The notes: generated by a model from the letters alone, not told the origin. DNA of 25,516 nt from Candidatus Bathyarchaeia archaeon (GCA_049512075.1 JBEKXL010000031.1:1-25516), one strand, 5' to 3'; counted from the first letter of the stretch, positions 8,969 to 18,784 are shown. Numbers and translations are program-made.

Positions 8969-9344
8969 GTGTTCTCGTTTCGGACGGTTCGATGAAGCCT
9001 TGCCGAAGTCTTGGCGGATCGTGATCTGGCTTCGTTGGGGGACGCGTACGTGAACTTCGCACTCCCTCGCGTTGTCGAACAGGAGACGGAAGCCGTTAGG
9101 CGCTCGAGTTAAGGGAAGCGTGCTTGCCGAGGCGTTACGGAAGGCCGGGCTCAGCGACCGCTTGGGCTCGAGCATGTCGAGGCACGCGCTTGCGGATGCA
9201 GCGGAAGCGATGATCGTGTACGCCTGGCTGAACGGTTGCCTCACATTGAATGAAAGCGTCGCGATAATGAGGAAAGGTGAGGACGCGGTTGAAGGTATGA
9301 GCACGCTATTGGCAACGGCCAAAAAAAGGGTTACTTTTCCTTGA
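8969..9344 (+). pseudogene. Disrupted archaeal ribonuclease III-like protein
   Basis: SLAEVLADRDLASLGDAYVNFA (8996-9061; RNase III-like LGD signature) shifts frame at 9062 into SLALSNRRRKP...LADAAEAMIVYAWL. In-frame TGA at 8993-8995. Confidence 0.7.
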
Positions 9345-9615
9345 GCGCTCTGACGAGTTCCTTGCTGAATTCCTTGTTCATCCCACGCGCGTTTTCCAAC
9401 GCGTCCCGCAGCACCTGTTCGGGCTTGGCTGCGCCTTTCGTGCGGACGTAGATTACGGCGTTGGGAGTAAGCGGATGCGGTATGTCGTAGCCAGCCAGAT
9501 CCACGCTTTTTTCTTCCAAGATTTTTTTCTGCAGCAGGTTACAGACGGTGTGACCTGCTCCTTCAATTTCTATTCTCAGTTCGTTTGACGTTTTTTTGAG
9601 CACGTTAACCTTCAT
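9331..9615 (-). CDS. rpoL: RNA polymerase subunit L (Rpo11)
   Basis: EGAGHTVCNLL, AGYDIPHPL signature. Adjacent to csl4. Confidence 0.95.
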   Translation of the reverse strand: MKVNVLKKTSNELRIEIEGAGHTVCNLLQKKILEEKSVDLAGYDIPHPLTPNAVIYVRTKGAAKPEQVLRDALENARGMNKEFSKELVRALKEK

Positions 9616-10216
9616 CCAGACCCTCCTTCCTGTGGGGTATCAGGCCTTTTCCGTAATCGGAGGCTGTTTTGCGTTTTTCGATACTTCCACACTTGGGGCA
9701 GTGCATGCCCTGCCGCTTGGGCTCAAGAAGCGTGCCGCAGTTGGAGCAGAAAGCGTAGACGACGCCGAGGTTCTTGTCTTTAGTGGACAAGTGGTACGTA
9801 CGGTTTTTGTCGCTGACGACTTTGGCCCTTATGATGTCGCCAGCCTTGCACACGTCGTACATCGAGTCCACGTACCTCAACGCCACGTCGGAAACGTGTA
9901 GAATGCCCGTGAAAACTCCGTTGATTTCTTCTCCGCCGATTTCAAAGATACGGGCTCCCGCAGTGTCTGACTGCGCGTTCGAGACCTGTGCTAGGACGGT
10001 GTTGCCCAGGGCAGGAACCTTTGACGGGCCGATGAGCTGATGCACTGAGACGCGCCTATGAACCAGGTCGATGAGAATGCGGCCGATGACTTTGGAGTAT
10101 ATTACGCCGTCTTTAACGTATGTTCCAGCGTCGGGAATGAACTCTTCAATCACGCCTAGACGGTCGCCGGGCACGGCCAGCTGACCGGTTTTCTGTTCCC
10201 CAAGTTTTGAACTCAT
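9605..10216 (-). CDS. csl4: Exosome RNA-binding protein Csl4
   Basis: VPGDRLG..EEF N-domain, S1 domain (GDIIRAKV), LGVVYAFCSNCG..CPKCGSIEKRK zinc ribbon. ATG 10216 preferred over GTG 10243. Confidence 0.95.
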   Translation of the reverse strand: MSSKLGEQKTGQLAVPGDRLGVIEEFIPDAGTYVKDGVIYSKVIGRILIDLVHRRVSVHQLIGPSKVPALGNTVLAQVSNAQSDTAGARIFEIGGEEINGVFTGILHVSDVALRYVDSMYDVCKAGDIIRAKVVSDKNRTYHLSTKDKNLGVVYAFCSNCGTLLEPKRQGMHCPKCGSIEKRKTASDYGKGLIPHRKEGLDEG

Positions 10217-10449
10217 TAAAGTTTCCTTCTGTCTGTCCGTCACGTTCGCGCCAGATGCCTACTGGTATTGACTGAACGTTTATAACTTTACTTTATGTGC
10301 CTATGAATAAACCTTTTGATAAAAAAGCTTGATGATAGAACCCGCCAGGCGAAGTCTCGTTTGCCCTGGACGGATGTTTGGTTTGGGGAGCTTGTGTTGG
10401 AGTACTCAATTCGGGTTTCTTTGAGACTCAAATCTGGGCGCTCGCCGTT

Positions 10450-11802
10450 TCAAGTCATGAATCGCTCAACAACATTGTAGAGCACGCTCGTTCCGAACAC
10501 GAGATTCTCTGTCGATATGCGCTCATCTATTCCGTGAATGGTCTGCTGCATTTCCGAGTATGATGTTTCTGGACGAACAGGATGAAAACCGTAGCACACG
10601 CTGCCCATCTTTCTGAAGAAGCGAGAATCCGTTCCTCCGGTAAGCATAACCGGGGTCGACCTGCTTTTGGGTTCAAACTCTTTCAAGACCTTCACGATCA
10701 TCTCGTAAAGTGGAGTGTTCAGCGGCGACTCGGAGGGGTAATTCGCCTGAATAGTTTCGAAGCTCAACTTGTCCAAGCCTGCATCCTTCAAGAGTTGCTT
10801 TATTTCGCTCAGAACTTTCGTCGGAATTTGACCGGGCAGGACTCGACAGTCAAAGATTGCTTCACATTCTGATGGGATTATGTTTTCCTTTACTCCGCCA
10901 CGGATGATGGTAGGTGTGACTGTCATTCTGAGTCTGGCCCGAAGCTCTTCCGCTAGATATTTTTCCTTGTGAGCCAGCTTGTCCAAGATCTGGTCACTCT
11001 GATTCGGGTTTCTGAGCAGAACTGACAGGTCTCGAAACTTGCTGGACTTTGACAATTCACTCAGGTACTGCTTGACGGTTGGAACAAGCGAGATTTTCGG
11101 GCGGAAGCTACTAATCTTCTCAACGACCTTGTTCATACGCAAGATGGCGTTGTCTGCAGCGCCGGGCACTGAGCCGTGACCTGGCGTTCCACCTGCCTTA
11201 ACCTTGAACCACAGTATGCCCTTCTCGGCAGTGTTTATGGTGTAGGTGTTTTCTCCGTCGATCTTCATTGCCATCCCTGCGCCTTCGTTCAAAACATAGT
11301 CCGCGTACACCTTGTCTGGGTGATTCTGAACAAGCCAACCTGCACCTGCCTCGCCGCCTTTCTCCTCGTCGGCCGTTGCGGCCAGTATAACATCGCCCCT
11401 GAGTTTCACGTTGTTTCTTTTCAGAAGCTTCAACGCCATAACCTCGACCGCCGTCATTCCCTTCATGTCCAACGCCCCGCGACCCCAAACGAAACCGTCT
11501 TTGACCAAGCCGCTGAACGGTTCAACGCTCCATTCTTTCGCATTTGCGGCTACGACGTCCAAGTGTGAAAGCAAGAGCAGACTCTGCTTCCCGCTCCCTC
11601 CCTTGAGTCGAGTCACCACACTGCCTCTTCCAGCCTCGGACTCGAATAATTCGCATCTGAAACCATCCTGTTCTAGTGTTTCTGCAACGTATTTCGCGGC
11701 TGCAGTTTCGTTTCCAGGAGGGTTCGTCGTGTTTATGCTAATCAATCCGCTCAGAAAACTGGTGACTTCCTCTTCGACTTCTCGAAATAGCTTCGCGGGC
11801 AT
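10450..11802 (-). CDS. M20/M25/M40 metallo-hydrolase (ArgE/DapE/aminoacylase-like)
   Basis: SHLDVV, GRGALDMKG, ADEE, NEG, GGTD, HGIDER metal-ligand motifs. Confidence 0.92.
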   Translation of the reverse strand: MPAKLFREVEEEVTSFLSGLISINTTNPPGNETAAAKYVAETLEQDGFRCELFESEAGRGSVVTRLKGGSGKQSLLLLSHLDVVAANAKEWSVEPFSGLVKDGFVWGRGALDMKGMTAVEVMALKLLKRNNVKLRGDVILAATADEEKGGEAGAGWLVQNHPDKVYADYVLNEGAGMAMKIDGENTYTINTAEKGILWFKVKAGGTPGHGSVPGAADNAILRMNKVVEKISSFRPKISLVPTVKQYLSELSKSSKFRDLSVLLRNPNQSDQILDKLAHKEKYLAEELRARLRMTVTPTIIRGGVKENIIPSECEAIFDCRVLPGQIPTKVLSEIKQLLKDAGLDKLSFETIQANYPSESPLNTPLYEMIVKVLKEFEPKSRSTPVMLTGGTDSRFFRKMGSVCYGFHPVRPETSYSEMQQTIHGIDERISTENLVFGTSVLYNVVERFMT

Positions 11803-11985
11803 CTCCTCTTCACCTGCTGTTCAGTTTATGACGCGGATTGCTTAAGACTTTCTGCTCAGACCGATGAACGATTGTGTTTCGAAATCTCAAGTTCGAAGCC
11901 CAGAAGGGGAACTGAAGGGTGAGGCACAAAAGAAATCAGGAAAGAAAACTCACGGTGGATGTTCAGGAAGTTGCGTTTGTTCGCA

Positions 11986-12558
11986 CTATGGAGACCCTCC
12001 ATATGAGCCGTTGTGAAGTTCAGGGATGATGGCATTGAGGTTTCGGTCCTCGAAATATGTCCCTCCAGCAGTGTTTTCTGCGGGCTTGTACGGAAAGAGT
12101 TGCAGTTCCGTTGAGCCTTCCCCAATGACCTTGAAGGTTATCGTGATCAAGACGCCGTTTCCATTAGCATCTGTACCGTTGCCGCTGTATATCAGGCTGT
12201 CGACGAAATAGACGCCTGCGGTACGCGGTGACGTGTCGTTATTCGCGCGCGCTCTCTCATTCATCAGGAGCATGGTCTGTCTGACCGAGGGTAGAAATGG
12301 CCCTTCCACGGTGGTGGTAGCGTTTAAGACAGTAGGATCGTATCGAAGATCTACCTGCACAGCAAAAACATTAACGCAGTTTTCAACAGTCACGTTAACA
12401 GTAAAAGTGTCGCCAACAGTGAGTCGCCCGACATTTTCAGGCTCTATCCTGATGGCGATCGGACCTGATCTGAGCGTGAGTGCAAGAATTGCGGCAACTG
12501 CGCCGACCAATAGTATTAGTACGATGACTACGATGGCTATGACATGGTTTCTTCGCAT
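11986..12558 (-). CDS. Membrane-anchored single cohesin-domain protein
   Basis: Basic N-terminus plus long hydrophobic helix. Cohesin pattern VGDTFTVNVTVEN..VFAVQVDLRYDPTVL...EGPFL...GNGVLITITFKVIGEGSTEL. Confidence 0.8.
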   Translation of the reverse strand: MRRNHVIAIVVIVLILLVGAVAAILALTLRSGPIAIRIEPENVGRLTVGDTFTVNVTVENCVNVFAVQVDLRYDPTVLNATTTVEGPFLPSVRQTMLLMNERARANNDTSPRTAGVYFVDSLIYSGNGTDANGNGVLITITFKVIGEGSTELQLFPYKPAENTAGGTYFEDRNLNAIIPELHNGSYGGSP

Positions 12559-12673
12559 GCGGCATCTGATGTAGGTGTTCTCACTCGTGTTTTTATTGTT
12601 TATGGAACCCTGTTCGTCAAAATTAGGTGACCGAGTTTAGTGTGGTCATCTTGGCGCGCGTGAGTTTTAAGGT

Positions 12674-12850
12674 TTAATCATGGAGGCGGGGCTGGCGGTA
12701 GAGGCGGCAGTGTTGTCGTGGCTTTCTTCTACGCAACACCAAGACGAACAGCGCTCCAACGATGAATAGAACAACTATTATTATAATTATCTGCGAATCC
12801 GAAGCCAAAGCCCCACCGCCACCCCACATGTTGGTTTCAGTAAATGTCAT
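12674..12850 (-). pseudogene. Orphan C-terminal membrane-anchor remnant of a surface protein, or a small TM protein
   Basis: MTFTETNMWGGGGALASDSQIIIIIVVLFIVGALFVLVLRRRK. A one-base frame change near 12722 gives the tail ATTTLPPLPPAPPP-stop. Confidence 0.55.
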
Positions 12851-12871
12851 CGTTAAGGATCAGCGCGCGCT

Positions 12872-13558
12872 TCATCCCCTCCTTATGACATAGAGATCAA
12901 CTGTGAACTCATGCCTCCTTTTTGTGTGAAAACTGAACATGTACGGGATAGTCATAACCATAGGGTAAACGGCTTTGATGCATCTGCCGCGTTTCTCAAC
13001 GAACCTTCTAAAAAAGGGCGAAGCGGAAACTTGAAGGACGTCATCTCTGTGAGGTTTCAGTTTTCTCGTCAACGCGGTGTTATCTTGTGTGCTTTTGTGA
13101 AGTGAGTAGACAGCTTTGCCTGAGTCAAGGGCTTTTTCAAGAAACTTGCGGTCTGCGCCTCTTTTTTGCACGCCGAACGGCGGGTTTTGCAGCGCCGTGT
13201 CGAACTCTCCGCAGACTGCGTCTATGTCCGCGGTGACCCATTGCACTTTATCTTTCAATCCCGTGTTTGCCGAGTTTTCACAAGCGACTTTCACCGCTGT
13301 TGGGTCTATGTCCACGCCTACAACTTCTCTTGCACCTAGGAAGGCGGCTCCCAAGGCGAGTCTTCCGGTGCCGCAGCCTAGGTCCAGAACGGTTTTGTCC
13401 ACGATGTCGCCATACGTGTAGGCTGCCATGTAGAGCATTTGAGCTGCTACGCTGGCGGAAATCGTGTATTGTTCGAGGTTTGGGTTGGGTGTCGGGTGCG
13501 GCTTGATGTTCGAAAGCAGAATTTCCAAATCTAGCTTTCGAGCAAGCCTTTTCTGCAT
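12872..13558 (-). CDS. METTL5-like N6-adenine RNA methyltransferase
   Basis: LEQY, VLDLGCGTG, GVDID, NPPFG, YSLH. Conserved position after dph2. Confidence 0.9.
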   Translation of the reverse strand: MQKRLARKLDLEILLSNIKPHPTPNPNLEQYTISASVAAQMLYMAAYTYGDIVDKTVLDLGCGTGRLALGAAFLGAREVVGVDIDPTAVKVACENSANTGLKDKVQWVTADIDAVCGEFDTALQNPPFGVQKRGADRKFLEKALDSGKAVYSLHKSTQDNTALTRKLKPHRDDVLQVSASPFFRRFVEKRGRCIKAVYPMVMTIPYMFSFHTKRRHEFTVDLYVIRRG

Positions 13559-14532
13559 AGTTCTTCCCAGGTCAATTTGCCAATAACTACTAGTGCTTCG
13601 TTTATGGTGAGGATAGGCTTTCTGAATCTGGCAGCATCGTCAAGCGATATTCTTGGGCAGGCCGTGTTTACAAAAGCGTCAACCGAAGGAAATTCCATGA
13701 GTGCGTCAGGCGTGATTTCTTTCATGGCGAAAAGATGTGTTGTCTTTCCTTCTTTTTCGAGTTTCTCTTTCAGTTGCAGTGCTTCTTCGAGTCTTTTTTG
13801 TCCGGGTTTCAGTCCGATCAGAACTGCGAAGGTCTTCGCTTTTTTTGCTTCTTGCACGTGTGCCCATCTTTGTTTCAGTATTGTTTCGGCTTCTTTGTCC
13901 ACGGAGGCGGCTGTGTTGTCGTAGGGATCAACAACTATGGTGGGCTTCGAAGTTGAAAGGGCTACGCCTAAGGCGTGAAATCGTCCGCCGCCGACGAAGA
14001 GGAAGGCCTCAACATCCTTCGCGATGGACACGGCGTTGCTGTAGTCACATCCGATGACTTGGCCGGGATAACTCAGGCGTCCAGTGTCGCCTATTACAAC
14101 GATTTTTCCCTGACGGGTTAGAATCTCTCTGACTTCGTCGAGGGTTTGTACGTGTTGAACTGTTGTGGCTAGGCCTATTTTTCGCCATTTTTCCAGCATC
14201 GGCAACGCTTTTTCGACGGCCGAAGGAACGTTCAGGGTTGCTCGGGCTTCAACGTAAATCGTTGGGAACCGCTCGTACTTCACTAGTTTAGAGTGGCCGT
14301 AATGAATTATCAGGTCTACTCCGAGGTTTTCGGCGTCTGCTGTTGCTAGGTCACACGCGCCGTAACACGGGTCTGCGGAGATTATCGGTAGGACTCCGAG
14401 CTTTTCGATGGTCTTCGCTATGCGGGGCGCTTCGGGTTTCAGGCCTTCTGGGAACTGGATTAGAACGCGTTTTGCTCCGAGTTTAAGGATTTCCTGTTTA
14501 ACTCTTTCCTCTTCAAAATCGAACTGTTTCAT
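13531..14532 (-). CDS. dph2: Diphthamide synthesis enzyme Dph2
   Basis: QFPEGLK, PCYGACD, GQVIGC, NTACPRI (three Fe-S cysteines). Confidence 0.95.
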   Translation of the reverse strand: MKQFDFEEERVKQEILKLGAKRVLIQFPEGLKPEAPRIAKTIEKLGVLPIISADPCYGACDLATADAENLGVDLIIHYGHSKLVKYERFPTIYVEARATLNVPSAVEKALPMLEKWRKIGLATTVQHVQTLDEVREILTRQGKIVVIGDTGRLSYPGQVIGCDYSNAVSIAKDVEAFLFVGGGRFHALGVALSTSKPTIVVDPYDNTAASVDKEAETILKQRWAHVQEAKKAKTFAVLIGLKPGQKRLEEALQLKEKLEKEGKTTHLFAMKEITPDALMEFPSVDAFVNTACPRISLDDAARFRKPILTINEALVVIGKLTWEELCRKGLLES

Positions 14533-14602
14533 TCCGGTACCTTCAGCAAAGATTGCAGAAAATGAAATTTGAGTGTGGAAAGAAAGGTGTTCGTGTGAGG
14601 GT

Positions 14603-17059
14603 CTATTCTGCCCATTCCCAGTCTTGTCTTGGTTTCAGAATTGGATGCCCGAGGGCTCTTGCTTCCTGTTCGGCGAGCCTTTCTAGAATTATCTTCTGTT
14701 CCACGCTCGCAACCAGTTTCTTCGTGGCTATCACTGCGTCATTGTTCACTGAGATGCTGTCAATTCCCATCCTGACCAGGAACTCTGCGAAGTCCGGCAG
14801 GTTTGACGGACCTTCTCCGCATATGGACACTGTTGCGCCGTTTTCGTGAGCGACTCTGATGAGGTGAGCGATTATTCTTTTGACGGCTGGGTCTCTTTCG
14901 TCGAAGTATCCCATCAGTCCCAGGCGTTCTGAGTCTCTGTCAATCATGAGTATTCCCTGAGTCATGTCGTTTGAGCCTATTGAGAACCCGTCTGCAAGTT
15001 TTGAGAATTCATCTGCGAGTATGGCGATTGAGGGTGTTTCAGCCATGAACCACACTTTGAAGTCTTTCGATCTCTCCAGGCCTTCTTGACGCATGATTTC
15101 CAGCACCGCCTTTGCTTCCCACAGGGTGCGAACGACTGGAAGCATGACCCACACGTTTTTCAGGCCCCATTCTTTTCGACATTTGACGATGGCTTGGCAT
15201 TCAAGTCTGAAGGCTTTCTCGTACCATTGGCTTATGTAGCGGCTGCAGCCTCTCCATCCAAGCATCGGGTTGGCTTCTACGATTTCGTATTTTTCTCCGC
15301 CTTTCAGGTCTCGGTACTCGTTTGTTTTGAAGTCGCTGAAGCGCACGACAACCGGACGTGGCATTATCCCTCTTGCAACGGTCGCCATTCCTTCTGCGAG
15401 TTTGTCGACGAACTCTTGGCCTTGTCCTGTTTCGACGAAACGCATCGGGTGTTCGCCGATGTAGCTAGCCAAGATGAATTCGATGCGCATTAGTCCTATG
15501 CCCTCGAAGGGCAGGTCCTTATACGCGTCTACTTTTTCCGGCACTCCCAAGTTCATGTAAATCCTGGTTGCTGTAACGGGCACCGACTGGAACACGCCCG
15601 TACCGACCGCTGTTGAGCCTGCAGCTGCTCCTGCGGCTGATGAAAGTTGCTGTGTTAGTGCTTCCATTATTCCTTCGTAGACGACGCCGCTTCTCGAGTC
15701 TACCGTGTACTGTTTTCCGGTTTTCATGAGTTTTGTGGCGTTTTCCGTTCCGACAACGCATGGTATCCCTAGTTCGCGGCTTACGATTGCCGCATGGCAT
15801 GTTACTCCGCCCTTGTCAGTTACTATTGCGCCAGCTAGCTTCATGAAGGGCACGTAGTCCGGGTTGGTCATTTCCGTGACGAGAATGTCGCCTTTCTGCA
15901 TGACGTTAGCCGCTTCTTCAGTGCTTGCCACGACTTTCGCCGTGCCTGCGCCGAAGCCTCGTTTGCCGGCGGCGATTCCTTTGACGACGACTTTCAATGC
16001 TTCAGCTTTCTTGGTTTCTTCCACTTCGCCTCTTGCCGGCGCTTGGTCCACCTTTGCGGACCAGACTGTTTCGGGCCTTGACTGTACTATGAAGACGTTG
16101 CTTGGGTAGGGTATGTCCTCGTCTATTGCCCATTCGATGTCTTGAGGTTTTCCGTAGTGGCTTTCGATGCGTTTTGCGAGTTCTGCAAGTTTTTGGATTT
16201 CCTCGTCGTTTATGCACGGCTTGTTCTGCTTTTCCCTGGGCACTTCCGCGTGTATTGTGTCTCCGGTTTTCGGGTCGCGGATGTACTGGACGGTTTTTTT
16301 GGCTAGTCGTTTTTCAGTTACCTTTAGGGATTCTTTGTCGACAACGAAGTCGTCCGGCGTGACTGATCCTGACACGACGGCTTCGCCTAGGCCCCAGTTG
16401 CCTTCGATGACTATTTTGGTCGGGTCGCCCGTGACGGGGTTCAAGGTGAACATGACGCCCGCGGCTTTGGAGTTGACCATTTTTTGGACTCCGACGCTTA
16501 TGAAAACTTTTTCGTGGGCGAAGCCTTTCTCGTTTCGGTAGAAGATGGCGCGTGGTGTGAAGAGGCTGGACCAGCACTTCACCGTGTTGGCGATTACAGC
16601 GTCAGCGCCTTTGACGTTTAGGAAGGTTTCCTGTTGTCCAGCGAAGGATGCGTCTGCCAGGTCTTCGGCTGTCGCGCTTGATCTGACGGCAACGAACACG
16701 TCTTTCATGTTGAGTTTCTTGCACAGTTCCTCGTAGGCTGATTTTATGGCTTTTTCGATGTCTTTGGGCATGCGTGTTGACTCTATCAGTTTGCGGATTT
16801 TCTTGGAGGCCAGTTCACCCTGCTTGGGGTCGTCGGGCGTGGTCATCGTTTCGTTTATGATGTCGTAGATTTTGGCTGCTATGCCCGTTTCTTCGATGAA
16901 TTTCTTGTAGGAGTAGGCTGTTATTGCGAAGCCCGGTGGAACCGGCAGACCGGCGTATGTCATTTCGCCCAAGTTCGCGTTCTTGCCTCCGACGGAGGGA
17001 ATGTCTGTTCTTCTTAAGCCCCCAAACCAGATTACCAAGTCTTTGCGCATTTCACTCAA
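14603..17059 (-). CDS. ppsA: Phosphoenolpyruvate synthase (pyruvate, water dikinase)
   Basis: VGGKNANLGEM, VAVRSSATAED, TCHAAIVSRELG phospho-His motif, FSIGSNDMTQ. Start at 17059 (TTG) or 17050 (ATG). Confidence 0.96.
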   Translation of the reverse strand: MSEMRKDLVIWFGGLRRTDIPSVGGKNANLGEMTYAGLPVPPGFAITAYSYKKFIEETGIAAKIYDIINETMTTPDDPKQGELASKKIRKLIESTRMPKDIEKAIKSAYEELCKKLNMKDVFVAVRSSATAEDLADASFAGQQETFLNVKGADAVIANTVKCWSSLFTPRAIFYRNEKGFAHEKVFISVGVQKMVNSKAAGVMFTLNPVTGDPTKIVIEGNWGLGEAVVSGSVTPDDFVVDKESLKVTEKRLAKKTVQYIRDPKTGDTIHAEVPREKQNKPCINDEEIQKLAELAKRIESHYGKPQDIEWAIDEDIPYPSNVFIVQSRPETVWSAKVDQAPARGEVEETKKAEALKVVVKGIAAGKRGFGAGTAKVVASTEEAANVMQKGDILVTEMTNPDYVPFMKLAGAIVTDKGGVTCHAAIVSRELGIPCVVGTENATKLMKTGKQYTVDSRSGVVYEGIMEALTQQLSSAAGAAAGSTAVGTGVFQSVPVTATRIYMNLGVPEKVDAYKDLPFEGIGLMRIEFILASYIGEHPMRFVETGQGQEFVDKLAEGMATVARGIMPRPVVVRFSDFKTNEYRDLKGGEKYEIVEANPMLGWRGCSRYISQWYEKAFRLECQAIVKCRKEWGLKNVWVMLPVVRTLWEAKAVLEIMRQEGLERSKDFKVWFMAETPSIAILADEFSKLADGFSIGSNDMTQGILMIDRDSERLGLMGYFDERDPAVKRIIAHLIRVAHENGATVSICGEGPSNLPDFAEFLVRMGIDSISVNNDAVIATKKLVASVEQKIILERLAEQEARALGHPILKPRQDWEWAE

Positions 17060-17582
17060 CAGGCTTCACCTCTTCCGGCTTGGATTCTGGTTTGGTTTTC
17101 TCAACCACTATTCTACACGGCATCGGAAGTTTGGCAGCGCCGCGTTTCAGGGACTGTCTAGCGAGTTCAACTGCGTCGGCGTTAACATGGACGCTTATTA
17201 TTGTCTGTTGGGGCCTTACGCGGGCGGCAGTTCCTATGGGTGTTCCGAAGGATCTGCGCATGCCCTGTTGAAGTCTGTCTGCGTGTGCTCCGAAAATCAT
17301 CTTGTTCTCTCTGAGGATTGTGTGAGGGTAGGGGCAGACCTGTAACTGGTAATTGTTCACGAGTTTTTCCATCAGTTGACGGTTTGTTGCTATCCGTGCC
17401 GCTTCTAGGGCGTTGTGGCGGATCTGTGCGCTCTGCAAAGATACGAGTTTGGCTTCGTACTCGAACTTGGCTTTTGTGTCTCCCATGGTGAATTTTGTTA
17501 TCTTCGGCGGTGGAAAGCCTCTCACAAACTTTTTCCGGGTGTAAGCCTGTCCCTTGACAGGTCTGTAATTCTTTGCGTGCAT
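17052..17582 (-). CDS. rpl10e: 50S ribosomal protein uL16 (L10e)
   Basis: QIRHNALEAARI, YPHTILRENKM, ADRLQQGMRRSFG, AAKLP. Confidence 0.96.
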   Translation of the reverse strand: MHAKNYRPVKGQAYTRKKFVRGFPPPKITKFTMGDTKAKFEYEAKLVSLQSAQIRHNALEAARIATNRQLMEKLVNNYQLQVCPYPHTILRENKMIFGAHADRLQQGMRRSFGTPIGTAARVRPQQTIISVHVNADAVELARQSLKRGAAKLPMPCRIVVEKTKPESKPEEVKPVE

Positions 17583-17833
17583 TTTACATTCCCCTTGTGA
17601 AAAACATGACCCACATATTTAAGCATTAACGACTGAATGGAAGACACTCTTGAAAATGGCGCGCGCTTGCACGGGCTGGTTGAGCGAAACCCAAATGAAA
17701 CTTTCAGGGAATTCCTGAAATACACTTGTCAGCAGCAGTGAAGGAGGTTCTCGAACAGCAAGAACAGAGCTAATGGAGTGAAAGCCCAGCAAGGGGTTCA
17801 GGGAAATTGAGCTACGTAACGCCTTCGCTCGCG

Positions 17834-18784
17834 CTAGGGCGCGCGTTGGAACCATTCCACGAGCTTGTTTATCCCTTCCTCCAGAGAGAATTTTGATTTG
17901 TATCCGAGCATTCTCTTCGCTTTTTCGATAGAAGCGTAACTGTGTCTTATGTCTCCTTGTCTAGAACTTTTGTAGATGGGCTTCAGTTGTTGTTTGCCCA
18001 GTTTTTCTTGGAGCCTTTGAACGAGTTCATTTATTGTGTGGGGTATGCCTGTTCCAATGTTTAATGCTTCGCCAACTGCTTTTCCGGAGTTTAGAGCGAG
18101 CATGTTGGCTTCGACAACGTCTTCAACATAGACGAAGTCTCGCGTTTGGCCTCCATCCCCAAAAATTACTGGGCGTTGGCCTCGTGACAGCTTGTTCAGG
18201 AATATTGTGGTTGCACCGCTGTAGACGCTGAAGGTTTGTCTGGGACCGTAGACGTTGAAATAGCGCAGGCAAACTGTCTCAAGCCCATATGCACGATAGA
18301 AGACTTTGGCATAGTTTTCCGCCGCAAGCTCAGCAACTGCGTAGGGCGAAACAGGATTGGGCGCCAAAGTCTCGCCCACAGGCAGGGTCTCTGTGCTGCC
18401 ATAAACTGAGGCTGAAGAAGCCTGAATGTAGCGCCTTACCCCTGAGTCAAGCGACGCCTTGAGGAGGTTTAACGTTCCGCCCACATTCACTTCGTTTGCC
18501 AAGAGCGGGTTTTCAAGAGAACGGGACACGCTGACCACTGCGGCTTCGTTGAACACGACATCTACGTCTTTGACTAGACGTTTAACAACGTTGAAGTTAC
18601 GAACGTCGCCCCGGACAAAGCGGAATCTTCGGTTACGGTTGCAGTTTTCAATGTTTTCCAGAAGCCCCGTGTATAGGTTGTCTAGCACGGTGACTTCTAT
18701 GTCTTGATCTGTGAGCCTGTCTGCGATGTAGCTGCCTATGAAGCCCGCTCCACCAGCAACAAGAACGCGGGAAACCTTGGTCAC
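17834..18784 (-). CDS. Extended SDR NAD-dependent epimerase/dehydratase (GalE/WbpP-like) with altered catalytic motif
   Basis: GGAGFIG, ASSASVYG, LRYFNVYGPRQ, GDGGQTRDFVYV. YxxxK reads YAVAE. Confidence 0.88.
   Translation of the reverse strand: MTKVSRVLVAGGAGFIGSYIADRLTDQDIEVTVLDNLYTGLLENIENCNRNRRFRFVRGDVRNFNVVKRLVKDVDVVFNEAAVVSVSRSLENPLLANEVNVGGTLNLLKASLDSGVRRYIQASSASVYGSTETLPVGETLAPNPVSPYAVAELAAENYAKVFYRAYGLETVCLRYFNVYGPRQTFSVYSGATTIFLNKLSRGQRPVIFGDGGQTRDFVYVEDVVEANMLALNSGKAVGEALNIGTGIPHTINELVQRLQEKLGKQQLKPIYKSSRQGDIRHSYASIEKAKRMLGYKSKFSLEEGINKLVEWFQRAP

Noticed and set aside
8993-8995. In-frame TGA as possible selenocysteine or read-through
   Set aside because: Not at a catalytic position, no SECIS recognised, and a separate frameshift follows.
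8855-9322. 155-aa minus-strand ORF that would fill the rpoL-DUF99 gap
   Set aside because: Antisense shadow of the RNase III-like pseudogene, which carries the real motifs.
10340-10445. Several short hairpins between csl4 and the M20 gene
   Set aside because: Short and inconsistent; within chance expectation.
17600-17833. Possible small gene or remnant between rpl10e and the SDR gene
   Set aside because: No frame gives a recognisable product.
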